This document shows, one piece after another, positions 23,063-31,867 of a stretch of DNA of 31,867 bases (the first letter of the stretch is position 1; every line of letters starts with the position of its first letter). The stretch comes from a virus (Duplodnaviria; Caudoviricetes): positions 1 through 31,867 of IMG/VR virus record IMGVR_UViG_3300042914_001395. The stretch is one strand, 5' to 3'. Both the position numbers and the translations under genes were made by a program. The notes beneath the pieces were generated by a model that saw only the letters and a program-made list of their open reading frames with translations, made no database searches and was not told the origin of the DNA.

Positions 23063-26000
23063 CTAGCGACTAATACCTGCGGCCTCCATGACCCGATAAC
23101 CTTGACGGGCAACCTGATCATATATCTTCTGCAACCGGTTAATTTTTTCGCGGCGCTCTTCGGGATCACCTTCGTAGTCCCGTTTAAGTATGTTGATTTG
23201 CGAGCGGATCTGAGCCATCTGATCTTGGATGCGCCGCAACGATGGGGCAACCGACATGAGTTTAATATTTTCCTCATCGCTGATGAATTCTTTTAATTCC
23301 TCAACGCGGCCCTCTTTCTTCATACGGTTAACCGCGTTAACAGCCTCTTGAGAATTCTTTATCAGATCGTAGAAATCGGTAGCCGGTTTACTGGTATTTG
23401 GGTCAGTCAAGAAGGCTTTAAAGAAACCTTGGTTCTCTAGGTTCTTAGCAGGAGGTTCTTTGCCGGTGGCTGTGGTAATCACATTGCTTGCCATGCCTGT
23501 GGAGAATGAGCCAAGTTCCGCAAAGTAACCTTGGATAAGGTGGTCAATCTTAGCGGGAGACAACCCTATTTCGGATAACCCAAGACGGCTTAGACTCTTA
23601 GCAAACTCACCCGCATTTGGACCTCTCATCTCTACGGGTAAACCCTGATCACTCATACCTTCGATTGCGCGGCCTGTAAACAGCGAATGGTTAAATATGG
23701 ACTCCAGTGCTGGCTTAAAAGCCTGCGGAATTAGCACTGCTTCTCCCGGGAGACTTCTACGCAGACTGCGGAAATAAGAACCTAAAACTTCTTTGCCCGT
23801 GCTGGTATCTGCCATGTAGCGGACAGCCCCTTCGGGAATGGTCTTAAATAAGAAACCAACCTCAAACGGGATTGGGATTTTAATAAATGAGCCAGCACTA
23901 CCAATAGGGCTTGGCAGTAGCCAGTTATCGTCTTTTACGTTGTCAGGCAGTTTCTTATAGTCCTCATCGTCCTGCATGAGCATTGCATAAACCGCAGAAA
24001 ACACGACCATCATGGCAGCACGTTTTTTAAATAAATCTTGCGCAATTTTCTTTTCGGCAGGATTAAGACCGTATCCCGTAGCCGTGCGGTATAGAGTATC
24101 TAAACTTGTAATAGCCGCCGAGAAGAACGGAATTGAATGACGCAAAACATTCAGCATTTGGGAGTTACCCCGAACCGCAAAGTTAATAGACTCCCGCGCC
24201 TTATGAACCGCATAGTTGATGGCGTCTTTCTCAGACATGCCTTGCTTAAGTGCATACGCTTTTTCGTTTTTAAAAATTGCTACGCGGGTGGCAGCGTCAG
24301 AGGCTTCGTGCATCCGCATAATTTTGTGGATGGCCTTATCCAACATAGTTGGTGATAGTTTTTCTGTACCTACCTGTTTTAAAAAATCTTGAGCAGATGG
24401 AACATTAAGCGCCGATGCCCCAACTAAATTAGCCATTGGGTCAATTTGACCGATCACCCCACGCTCTGCAAGTATCCGGGCCTCCTCCGAATTATCTCTA
24501 AGAACCTGTATGTACTCTTTTGCCGCGTGGAACGGGGTAACAATCTGATTTAAGTTACCAGCGATACTTGCGTGGATTGGGTCACGTATAAGTTGGCGTA
24601 TCCAGTAGATTGGGTTAATCAACGCACCAGCCCGTAGGACTTGGGTGGTTGCCGAGATGCCTTTCATCAGCGGACCCAACTCGTAGTTCATCATTTGAAA
24701 CGCCACTAAATCATTTGGGTTATCTAAGATGACATGGACTACCCCGTGCTTATCCGCGTTCGGGTTGGTTGGGTCTCTGTATTTTAGATTAATATCGGGG
24801 TTGCTTGGGTTTGTGGCAATTTTCGCCGCGTCAATGCCCATGCTCATTAACTGCTGCACCGCTACCCGTCGTGTTTGGTTTTGATAAGCCGCCGCAATCT
24901 GCGAAGCATAGTGCTTATCCATGTTCTCCCAAATGTTGCGTTGCAACTCACTGCCTTCAAGATGCTCAATTAACCGAACAGTTTTAGTGCCAGTGCTTTT
25001 GCCGGTGTAGGTTTCTTGTTCACTTGGGAGCAAATCCACCCGGGAGGCGTAGAGCGGCACGTAGAAGTTACGTTTGCGCAGGCGGTCTGCCTCTTCTTTT
25101 GAAAGCAAGCCGGTGTTTTCCCACAGGTCCAGAAGGCTACGGTTGATGTTGCGCCAGATATCCAAAATTTCTTGGACTTCAGGTACGGCGTCTAACTGTT
25201 GCTCGGCCCAGTCTATATGCGCCTGTGTAACTTGCTTCTCACGGTTTAACGTCAAGTCTTTCAGGTACATCTTACGGATGGCCTTAGCCTCATTTACCAG
25301 TTTCATGATGTCAGTCAGGGACGCACCTGCCGCCTTGTACTGCTTGGCTAGGGCTATCTTTTGCTTTGCCTCTAGCATCTTTCCAGCGGCTATACGGCGA
25401 CGCTCGGCATCAACTTGTTGGATTTCACGACCCCGCAAAATACGAGAGATTTCAGCCACATACCCACGGCCTGAAAATCCGGTGCCCTTGACAATATCGT
25501 TGTCGTCTAACTTATCAGCAAGAATCTGGGAGCGAGCCATATTATTGGCATCGCGCTGAATAACGATTGACCCATCGCTGTTAACTACTGGGATCCCCGT
25601 CTGCAAACCTACCTTAATAAGGTTGATGACTTGATTAAACGAACGAATCAGCATATCCGCACGCAACTGACCGTTCTGGAATACCGGCAAAGAACTCAAT
25701 GTCTTAGATAACCCAGTCCCCGAATCTACGGCAGCGATACGAAACTTCGTCCACCAGTCTCCATTAAAAGCGTCTGTAATGTTCTTAGCCGCATCTTTGA
25801 CCTTTTGGGATGTCGTGGGTGACGGCTGTAACTTTGTCGTAGTTGGCAGAGTGTACTTTTGACCAAGCCCGGGTACGGACGGTCCCGGTGCAGGCGTAGG
25901 TGCCGGGGCTGTTGGAGTTGCGGTTACCCCCGGAGCGATAGCGGAGAAGATGTCCTCTTCTGCTGGTACAGAGGGAGCAGCGCCTTCTTCTACTTGTATA

Positions 26001-28870
26001 CCCACTGGCCTACCAGCACGCGGCATCGGGGTTACAGGAGTCTGGGAAGTAACTAGTTGTTCGGTAAGACTAAGGATCTCAGCAAGTGCGGTTTGTGCTC
26101 TGGGTGATAGACCGATCAAACGGCGGATCATTTCTACAAACGAATTAAATGCGCTCTTGCCTTTATATTGAATGCCTTCAAGCACACGCCGGAAGTCTGC
26201 GTTAGTCATTGACCACGACACCATCTCGTCGGCTTTGTGAACGGTTCTACCATAATGTTTAGAACCAAATGCATTTGTACCCGTTAGAAATTTCAGTTCG
26301 TAAGGTTTGATAGTCCCATCACGACGCTTACGCTGTAGTTCTTTTTTAACATGACTACGTAGGTCTTCAATTTCTTTTACGATCCGACCTTCATTTGTAT
26401 TAGGGTTTACCTGCCCATACCGGATCAACGCAATAGTTACCGTATGAAGTAACTCATGCATAACAACTTCATAGGTTGCGCCAAAAGGACGCCCGGAGCC
26501 GGTACCCGAAATTACCAACTCCATTAGATTACCTTTGGGGTATACGTGGCCCGCAGCGCGATTACTTAACTGCAATGCTCGGGACATCGAGGGGCTAGTA
26601 GAAAGCGTAAACGTAAATTTGTAGCCACGCTTTTTCATACGGTCTACCGCGTCTTTGACTCCTCTCATCATTTCCCGCATAGCAGGAGGGCCGTTATTTA
26701 GCGCGTAGTTAAGCAGTCCATCGTAGTCAAGACCTTTGATCTCGTTTTCGATAGATACATCGGTAATTTTTTTCTCTTCTTCAAATACTTTTTCAATCTG
26801 CTCTGGTGTTTGTGTGGACTCACCAACTAGACGCTCGTTATACAGATTTACGATGTCTTGGAAGTTGACCGCGCTACCATGACCCCGATTAACAAAGCCT
26901 AACCATGCGTTCTTTTCTTCCGCATTTAGATCGCCAAACGCAGGGTGATCGTCATTTTTGTGGCGGTTCCAAGCAGCCTCTGGGTCCATCGGTGCGGCGG
27001 GCGGTGCGGTAACTGGAGGCGCCGGGGGTGCTCCTTCTTCAAATAGGCCAGCCTGCTCGGCACCTTGGAACTGTCGGCTCCTAATACCAGTGTCGATGTC
27101 CATACCCGTCATGCGTTTGTAGACGGTCTCAAGCAATTCTTTCTGGGCTTCGCTAAGGGCTTTCATGCCAGCCGGTAGACGTGCGGTGCGGTCAGCCTCA
27201 AACAACTGCTCCATCGCTTGGACAGGATCTTCGTTAGTTTTTAGAAACTCGGCTAGCCTGTCATTCAGCGCTTTAGTTGACGCAGGGTTATTGCCCTTCA
27301 GAATCTTAGAAGCACTAGGATCTTGTTTAGCCTCTTTGACGGTGCTCTCTACAGTGCCCGGGAGATCGATGGCTTCGGGTGCCGTTGGGGTAGGCAAAGG
27401 GGTTGGCGCAGGCTGCTCGGTGGGGGCTTTACCCGGGAACAACTCTTGCTGTCCCGTAAGTGGCATCTCCAACTGTTCTCCCTCAAGTTCTGGGGGTGCA
27501 GGCGGGGCGGGGGGTTGTTCTTCGTAGCCAACAACTTTGCCCTCTTTATCCAAAATAGGACGCAGATTTTCTGTGGCTTCGGGCAATCTACCTTTTGGTA
27601 TAACACCAGCCAAGTCTCTCGCGGGAGCAAACCCCGGACCTTCGGGAGTAGCCACGCCCTCTAGTTCTAACTCCGATACCGCAGGCTCTCCATAAGTGGT
27701 AGGAGACACAGGACGGCCCGTAGGTGGTGTGCCGGGAGGTGGCCCCGGGGGTAATCCTTGTGGTTGAGGTGGTTTAGCACCTTCGGTTTTACCAAATAAA
27801 ATATCGGTAGCCATTTGCACGCCACCACCGCCAATCGCACCGCGCAGGCCAGAGTCTATAAATTTGACTAGGTTTTCAGGTGTAAAGATTTCTTTGTTTT
27901 CATCAACAAAATTCACCGCCGCGGCATTGGTTATTTCTTGCGCAGCCTCGGTAAGGCCCTCAGTTAAAGCCCCCTTGCCAAGTCCTTTGGCACCACGCAA
28001 GTACCAAGCGCCCACTAGTTCTTCGTTGGTAATCCCTTTTCCCCGGGCGGCTCGTATCAGGCTAACTGGGGTTGCGGCATCTAACAGGGCGTTAAAGGAA
28101 CCCGCACCAATTGCCGGTAATAGAGATTCCTGCCCGGTCTCAGAGTAAATAGTCTGAAAAGCAGCGGGAATATTAAGCGCTGCCGAGCCTATATAGGCAC
28201 TGCCGACATCTGCCGCTAACTGGTTACGGAACAAGGCTTTTTCTGCCGCCGTTTTACCAAGTGCCGCAGCACGCTGTCCGGCAATACCAGATACAAATTC
28301 TTCGGCTGCTCCGGGTGCTCCACGCACGGCGGCTTCTTTGGCCTCTTCCAAGGCTTTGCGTTTAGCAATTTCTCCCGCCGCTTGGCTAGACTTTGCCACA
28401 GCCCCCCTAGTAAGGAGGGATCCAAAACCCCCAGTAAAAATACCGGGAAGTAAAGACGCAACGGACTCGCCAAATGCTTCTTTTGCGTAATTAAGGGCTT
28501 GTATCGGGTCTTCTATTTGTTTGTAAGTTTCAAACTCAGCAGGGAAACGCTTTGCAATTTCTTCCTGTGTTTGGATTGCTTCTTCGTACTGACGTTTTTT
28601 ATAGTTTTCAATAGATGGCTGAAAACTTTCGGGAGCAATTTTTTCAAGTGCGGTTGCACCCATAATGGGTATAAAGTCTGCAATCAAAGACCCTACATTT
28701 TTACCGCCTCGTTTTACAGCACTCATAAAGGTGCCGTAATTTTCCACTGCCGTTTTAAATTCTTTAGGACTAAACCCTTCTGTATCTAAATAGCCATCGA
28801 TATGGTAAGAGGGCGCACCCTGATCGACCATCTTTTGGACATTGTCCCTAATTCTTGCAAAGTCGGACAT
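23063..28870 (-). CDS. large internal virion/ejection (polyvalent) protein with HExxH motif and C-terminal LPD38-like domain, 1935 aa
   Basis: Ala/Gly-rich N-terminus, Pro-rich linkers, VMHELLH...DE, C-terminal DYxxLP..VKDxNW...IKIPIPFEVG.LFK.IPE. Confidence 0.85.
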   Translation of the reverse strand: MSDFARIRDNVQKMVDQGAPSYHIDGYLDTEGFSPKEFKTAVENYGTFMSAVKRGGKNVGSLIADFIPIMGATALEKIAPESFQPSIENYKKRQYEEAIQTQEEIAKRFPAEFETYKQIEDPIQALNYAKEAFGESVASLLPGIFTGGFGSLLTRGAVAKSSQAAGEIAKRKALEEAKEAAVRGAPGAAEEFVSGIAGQRAAALGKTAAEKALFRNQLAADVGSAYIGSAALNIPAAFQTIYSETGQESLLPAIGAGSFNALLDAATPVSLIRAARGKGITNEELVGAWYLRGAKGLGKGALTEGLTEAAQEITNAAAVNFVDENKEIFTPENLVKFIDSGLRGAIGGGGVQMATDILFGKTEGAKPPQPQGLPPGPPPGTPPTGRPVSPTTYGEPAVSELELEGVATPEGPGFAPARDLAGVIPKGRLPEATENLRPILDKEGKVVGYEEQPPAPPAPPELEGEQLEMPLTGQQELFPGKAPTEQPAPTPLPTPTAPEAIDLPGTVESTVKEAKQDPSASKILKGNNPASTKALNDRLAEFLKTNEDPVQAMEQLFEADRTARLPAGMKALSEAQKELLETVYKRMTGMDIDTGIRSRQFQGAEQAGLFEEGAPPAPPVTAPPAAPMDPEAAWNRHKNDDHPAFGDLNAEEKNAWLGFVNRGHGSAVNFQDIVNLYNERLVGESTQTPEQIEKVFEEEKKITDVSIENEIKGLDYDGLLNYALNNGPPAMREMMRGVKDAVDRMKKRGYKFTFTLSTSPSMSRALQLSNRAAGHVYPKGNLMELVISGTGSGRPFGATYEVVMHELLHTVTIALIRYGQVNPNTNEGRIVKEIEDLRSHVKKELQRKRRDGTIKPYELKFLTGTNAFGSKHYGRTVHKADEMVSWSMTNADFRRVLEGIQYKGKSAFNSFVEMIRRLIGLSPRAQTALAEILSLTEQLVTSQTPVTPMPRAGRPVGIQVEEGAAPSVPAEEDIFSAIAPGVTATPTAPAPTPAPGPSVPGLGQKYTLPTTTKLQPSPTTSQKVKDAAKNITDAFNGDWWTKFRIAAVDSGTGLSKTLSSLPVFQNGQLRADMLIRSFNQVINLIKVGLQTGIPVVNSDGSIVIQRDANNMARSQILADKLDDNDIVKGTGFSGRGYVAEISRILRGREIQQVDAERRRIAAGKMLEAKQKIALAKQYKAAGASLTDIMKLVNEAKAIRKMYLKDLTLNREKQVTQAHIDWAEQQLDAVPEVQEILDIWRNINRSLLDLWENTGLLSKEEADRLRKRNFYVPLYASRVDLLPSEQETYTGKSTGTKTVRLIEHLEGSELQRNIWENMDKHYASQIAAAYQNQTRRVAVQQLMSMGIDAAKIATNPSNPDINLKYRDPTNPNADKHGVVHVILDNPNDLVAFQMMNYELGPLMKGISATTQVLRAGALINPIYWIRQLIRDPIHASIAGNLNQIVTPFHAAKEYIQVLRDNSEEARILAERGVIGQIDPMANLVGASALNVPSAQDFLKQVGTEKLSPTMLDKAIHKIMRMHEASDAATRVAIFKNEKAYALKQGMSEKDAINYAVHKARESINFAVRGNSQMLNVLRHSIPFFSAAITSLDTLYRTATGYGLNPAEKKIAQDLFKKRAAMMVVFSAVYAMLMQDDEDYKKLPDNVKDDNWLLPSPIGSAGSFIKIPIPFEVGFLFKTIPEGAVRYMADTSTGKEVLGSYFRSLRRSLPGEAVLIPQAFKPALESIFNHSLFTGRAIEGMSDQGLPVEMRGPNAGEFAKSLSRLGLSEIGLSPAKIDHLIQGYFAELGSFSTGMASNVITTATGKEPPAKNLENQGFFKAFLTDPNTSKPATDFYDLIKNSQEAVNAVNRMKKEGRVEELKEFISDEENIKLMSVAPSLRRIQDQMAQIRSQINILKRDYEGDPEERREKINRLQKIYDQVARQGYRVMEAAGISR

Positions 28871-28879
28871 GGTTGACCT

Positions 28880-30379
28880 TTATTGTTTTTTGGGTGTTAC
28901 GCCATACATTTTGCCATAATCGACAGCGGCGGAGGACATAGGTCCGGGAGCGTATGCCTCACCATAAATCTTCTTATACATGGATTGATAGGCAGGGTCT
29001 CTAGATAATAGCGCATCGGCTTCACGTTCGAGAGTAGCCAACTGATTCTGGTCCATAGCAGTGATATCTAGTTTGCGGGCTTGCACAATATTATTCATAG
29101 CCGTGCGGCGGGCATTCTGCATCATGTTGAGATACCTTTGCTCTTGTCTTCCACCCTCTATCTCACGACGAAGCCCTGCTTGCTCTGATACTTGACGTTC
29201 TTTTATAGCCAAATCTCTAGCGTCTTTTTCAAGTTCAAGCGCCAACTTCACATTACCACGAGCGCGGGCATCAGCGGCTTGGTCTAGTTTGGCTTCACTG
29301 TCAAGAATACCTTTTTCACCTTCACGGATCTGGGACATTGCTTTGCTATACTGCTCAATTGCAGGGGTGGCACCAGCAAGATTTTGTAGGGCGTATTGAG
29401 ATTTACCCCCAGCAATACCAAGCCCTGCTTGTACTAAACCAAGAGCACCAGCCTTGTCCAGATCCTTGTTAAGTTTTTCTTTGTACTTTTCTAAAGCCTC
29501 ACGAGTCTTGGCATCCGGTTCGTCAGAAACGCCAAACTCTTTATAAATGTCCTTAACTTTTTTAGCGTAGTCAGTCATGGCTTTATCAGCGGCTTTGACA
29601 TTAACGCCTTCGGTTGACTCATTTTTTGGTACGGCTAATGTTTTTCTAGCATCTGCGATGTTAGCGGCGGATTGCGCTGGCGTTAGCCCCGGAGCAGAAC
29701 GAAGTGCCATTTCTGCTGGATCCATTTTACGTAAATCAGCGCCCGTCATCGGACCTTCTGTAGCGGTTTGCTTTTCAGACTTCTCAGGCTTACTGACCTT
29801 TTCGCTTCCGGCTAATTGACGCAGTTCGTTAACATCCATTCTAGTTAAACGGCCCATAATATCTTTAGCCCGCCGACGTTCTTCATCCGTTTGCGACATA
29901 AATAAACCGGGTAGGCTAGAAGCAGAACCATACTTGCCTCTAAGTTCATCTTGAAGTTTTAAAATTTCTAATTCTTCTGCTGTTTTATTTCTAAAATTGC
30001 TTCCGAAATCTGATGCAAATCTACCAAACGGCGTAGTTGGGCCTCCTTCTTCAAATGCCACAATTCCACCACCTGCGTACTCAGCGTTATCTAAGTTAGG
30101 GGTAGGAAGTGCCTCTAAGCCACCTTCCATCGGAGCCTGAGCAATCGCACCCAGACCAGCCGGAGCCGCTTGTGCGGGAGCCATAATATCTTGGGCTACT
30201 GTGCTTTGTGGGGCTTGCTCTTGCATCGCAGCGCCACGCATACGATCAATAAACATACCAGCCATGACGGCTACCGTTGGGTTAAGTAACCCCATCTGAG
30301 CGGCTTGACCTATTTTTTGCTTATCCCCACCATACTTTGCTGCTACCTTCTCAGGCGACATCATATCCATTTCGTTCAT
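28880..30379 (-). CDS. putative internal virion/ejection protein, 499 aa
   Basis: Helical, Ala/Gln-rich, with YAGGGIVAF and L.QAGLGIAGGKS.YAL.N motifs. Located between the pilot-like and large ejection genes. Confidence 0.75.
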   Translation of the reverse strand: MNEMDMMSPEKVAAKYGGDKQKIGQAAQMGLLNPTVAVMAGMFIDRMRGAAMQEQAPQSTVAQDIMAPAQAAPAGLGAIAQAPMEGGLEALPTPNLDNAEYAGGGIVAFEEGGPTTPFGRFASDFGSNFRNKTAEELEILKLQDELRGKYGSASSLPGLFMSQTDEERRRAKDIMGRLTRMDVNELRQLAGSEKVSKPEKSEKQTATEGPMTGADLRKMDPAEMALRSAPGLTPAQSAANIADARKTLAVPKNESTEGVNVKAADKAMTDYAKKVKDIYKEFGVSDEPDAKTREALEKYKEKLNKDLDKAGALGLVQAGLGIAGGKSQYALQNLAGATPAIEQYSKAMSQIREGEKGILDSEAKLDQAADARARGNVKLALELEKDARDLAIKERQVSEQAGLRREIEGGRQEQRYLNMMQNARRTAMNNIVQARKLDITAMDQNQLATLEREADALLSRDPAYQSMYKKIYGEAYAPGPMSSAAVDYGKMYGVTPKKQ

Positions 30380-30386
30380 TCTTGCC

Positions 30387-31295
30387 TCACTTCAGAAGGT
30401 TATATACGCCAAGCCCAGCCAATCCCAAACCACCGACCTGTGACGCTACGGATGGGGGTGCCTCGTAAACAGTCTTACCTCCAGTAGCCGCAAGGTTTGC
30501 GCTACCACGGAGGATGTCAGACATAAAGCCAAGTTGCTTATACGGATACTGTTGTTGCTGTAAGAAGTCCTGATACTGGAGGTCAAGGGCTTTCTGCTGC
30601 TCGGCCTGACCCATTGCACCAAAGGCTTCTTGTGCTTTAGCCAAGTCAATACCTGTTTGTTGCTGTCCAATACCCAGTTGACCCAATGTAGCACCGGCTT
30701 GAGTAGCGGCTTGAGCACCCTGTAGCCCAGCCTGAGTGCCAAACTGCATACCACGCATAGCATCTTCGTAAGCCTTTTGAGATCCCACAGCCTGAATGTT
30801 TGCCAGATTTTGTTGTAGGTTGCGCTCACGTTCAGTACCAGCAAGAAGTTGACGTGCGCCTCCATACGTACCCTGACGAGCCGCGCCCAAGTTCTGAGCC
30901 AACTGCCCTTTCTGGGCATCACGGATGGCTTCTTGTTTTTGCAGTTCAACCACGTTCTGCATATAAGGAGACATAAAGGCTTGCTGCGCCATTGGGTCAG
31001 TAGCCATCTGCATATACTGTTGACCAGCACCGAGAGCACCAAGACCACCCGCAGCGGCTAACCCAGTACCGGCAGCAAATTGACCGGGTTGCTGCATAGC
31101 AGCCACGTTTTGCCGAACGGCTTGCTGTTCTGGAGTAGCGGTAGCCATACGCTGTCCACCGTAGGCTTGATACGGACTTTCAGTAATAGCCTCGGCTTTA
31201 CCAAGCATCTTCTCCGCATACGGTTGAGCGTACTCAGGTATTGTCGTTTGCGTCGTACTGGTTGGTTGCGGTGCTGGTGATGATGAAGAACACAT
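30387..31295 (-). CDS. putative DNA-transfer/pilot (ejection) protein, 302 aa
   Basis: MCSSSS...T.QTTIPEYAQPY, YQAYGGQR.A, MSPYMQNVV, Gln/Gly/Ala-rich with a hydrophobic Gly-rich C-terminus. Confidence 0.75.
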   Translation of the reverse strand: MCSSSSPAPQPTSTTQTTIPEYAQPYAEKMLGKAEAITESPYQAYGGQRMATATPEQQAVRQNVAAMQQPGQFAAGTGLAAAGGLGALGAGQQYMQMATDPMAQQAFMSPYMQNVVELQKQEAIRDAQKGQLAQNLGAARQGTYGGARQLLAGTERERNLQQNLANIQAVGSQKAYEDAMRGMQFGTQAGLQGAQAATQAGATLGQLGIGQQQTGIDLAKAQEAFGAMGQAEQQKALDLQYQDFLQQQQYPYKQLGFMSDILRGSANLAATGGKTVYEAPPSVASQVGGLGLAGLGVYNLLK

Positions 31296-31305
31296 AATTT
31301 ATACC

Positions 31306-31767
31306 TCAAAATTTGTAGATCATTTGGGTAGCAACTTCGGTAAATCCCATTCTCTTCCAAAGTTTTGCTACACGTAGATCAGTCATTGCTGAAACCAAAA
31401 CCCGTTTAACTCCACGGCTACGCAATTCTTCAAGAATGATGCGAACCATCTTTTTCCCTACTCCGTTGCGATGCTCTTTTAAAACAAAAATAGTATCTTC
31501 TTGGGCTATCAGGTCTTGGTTATGCATATCGCTTGTTACGTAAACATTGCTATATCCAACCGCTTTACCTTCTAACCGTAAAACAAAAGTTAATAACCAC
31601 CCACCATCGCCAGCCCTTATGTACTCGTCAAGTCTTGGGTTATACGGGGGGTAATGCACTCCCTGCCCTGCTAACCGCTCAACCATTTCTGAGTAATGCT
31701 GCCTGTATAAAGGCTCTAATTCTGAATATGTTTCTTTAAATCTTGCTAGTGTTATCTCGTAATTCAT
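31306..31767 (-). CDS. GNAT-family acyltransferase
   Basis: IFVLKEHRNGVGKKM acyl-CoA motif and LWKRMGF. Confidence 0.9.
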   Translation of the reverse strand: MNYEITLARFKETYSELEPLYRQHYSEMVERLAGQGVHYPPYNPRLDEYIRAGDGGWLLTFVLRLEGKAVGYSNVYVTSDMHNQDLIAQEDTIFVLKEHRNGVGKKMVRIILEELRSRGVKRVLVSAMTDLRVAKLWKRMGFTEVATQMIYKF

Positions 31768-31867
31768 GCAGGCATGTATCTTCGTGCGTTGACTTCAGGG
31801 GCTTGTCTTGTGCGTCCTGTCCTTGCTTTTCTAATTTTGTCCATCATCGCATACAACTTCTTAGCCC
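31764..31867 (-). CDS. partial (C-terminal) virion-associated protein ...AKKLYAMMDKIRKARTGRTRQAPEVNARRYMPA
   Basis: Open frame running off the window edge, ATGA-coupled to the GNAT gene. Confidence 0.7.
   Translation of the reverse strand, partial: AKKLYAMMDKIRKARTGRTRQAPEVNARRYMPA

Noticed and set aside
30446-31048. 200-aa alternative-frame minus-strand ORF inside the 302-aa gene
   Set aside because: Leu/Val-rich shadow of a Gln/Ala/Gly-biased gene, with no RBS or motif.
1-31867. Prophage boundaries, integrase, tRNA/rRNA, introns/inteins, stop-codon recoding
   Set aside because: No host housekeeping genes, att-like context or cloverleaf noticed. Polymerase, helicase and primase are uninterrupted and of normal size, and TAA, TAG and TGA all end genes normally.

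Overview
The window is a gene-dense fragment of a tailed dsDNA phage genome, probably podovirus-like. A betaproteobacterial (Burkholderiales-type) host is inferred from the Bug/TctC gene. Layout: (1) 1-3700, a regulatory and early region with two similarly built promoter-genes-terminator-repeat cassettes, a long imperfect inverted repeat around an AT-rich core (candidate origin) and an RHH regulator. (2) 3.7-13 kb, a translationally coupled accessory array of small ORFs, plus a methyltransferase, a glycosyltransferase-like protein, a Rap1a-type immunity protein, a Bug/TctC solute-binding protein and a PP-loop protein. (3) 13-23 kb, a replication module: VRR-NUC, PolA with Leu762, PD-(D/E)XK nuclease, HNH, SNF2 helicase, SSB-like, HTH and primase/DUF927-helicase. 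(4) 23-31.9 kb on the minus strand, internal-virion/ejection genes including a 1935-aa LPD38/HExxH protein and a GNAT. No integrase, terminase, capsid, tRNA or CRISPR was seen. The most striking unexplained signal is an apparent anti-RBS RNA system. The phage uses two private RBS dialects, AAGGGGAA (first six genes) and AGGAGAGTG (later genes). The complement of each dialect sits just upstream of the intrinsic terminator of the matching transcription unit, including a structured candidate sRNA at about 22982-23060. All family assignments are from motif recognition by eye, not database searches.
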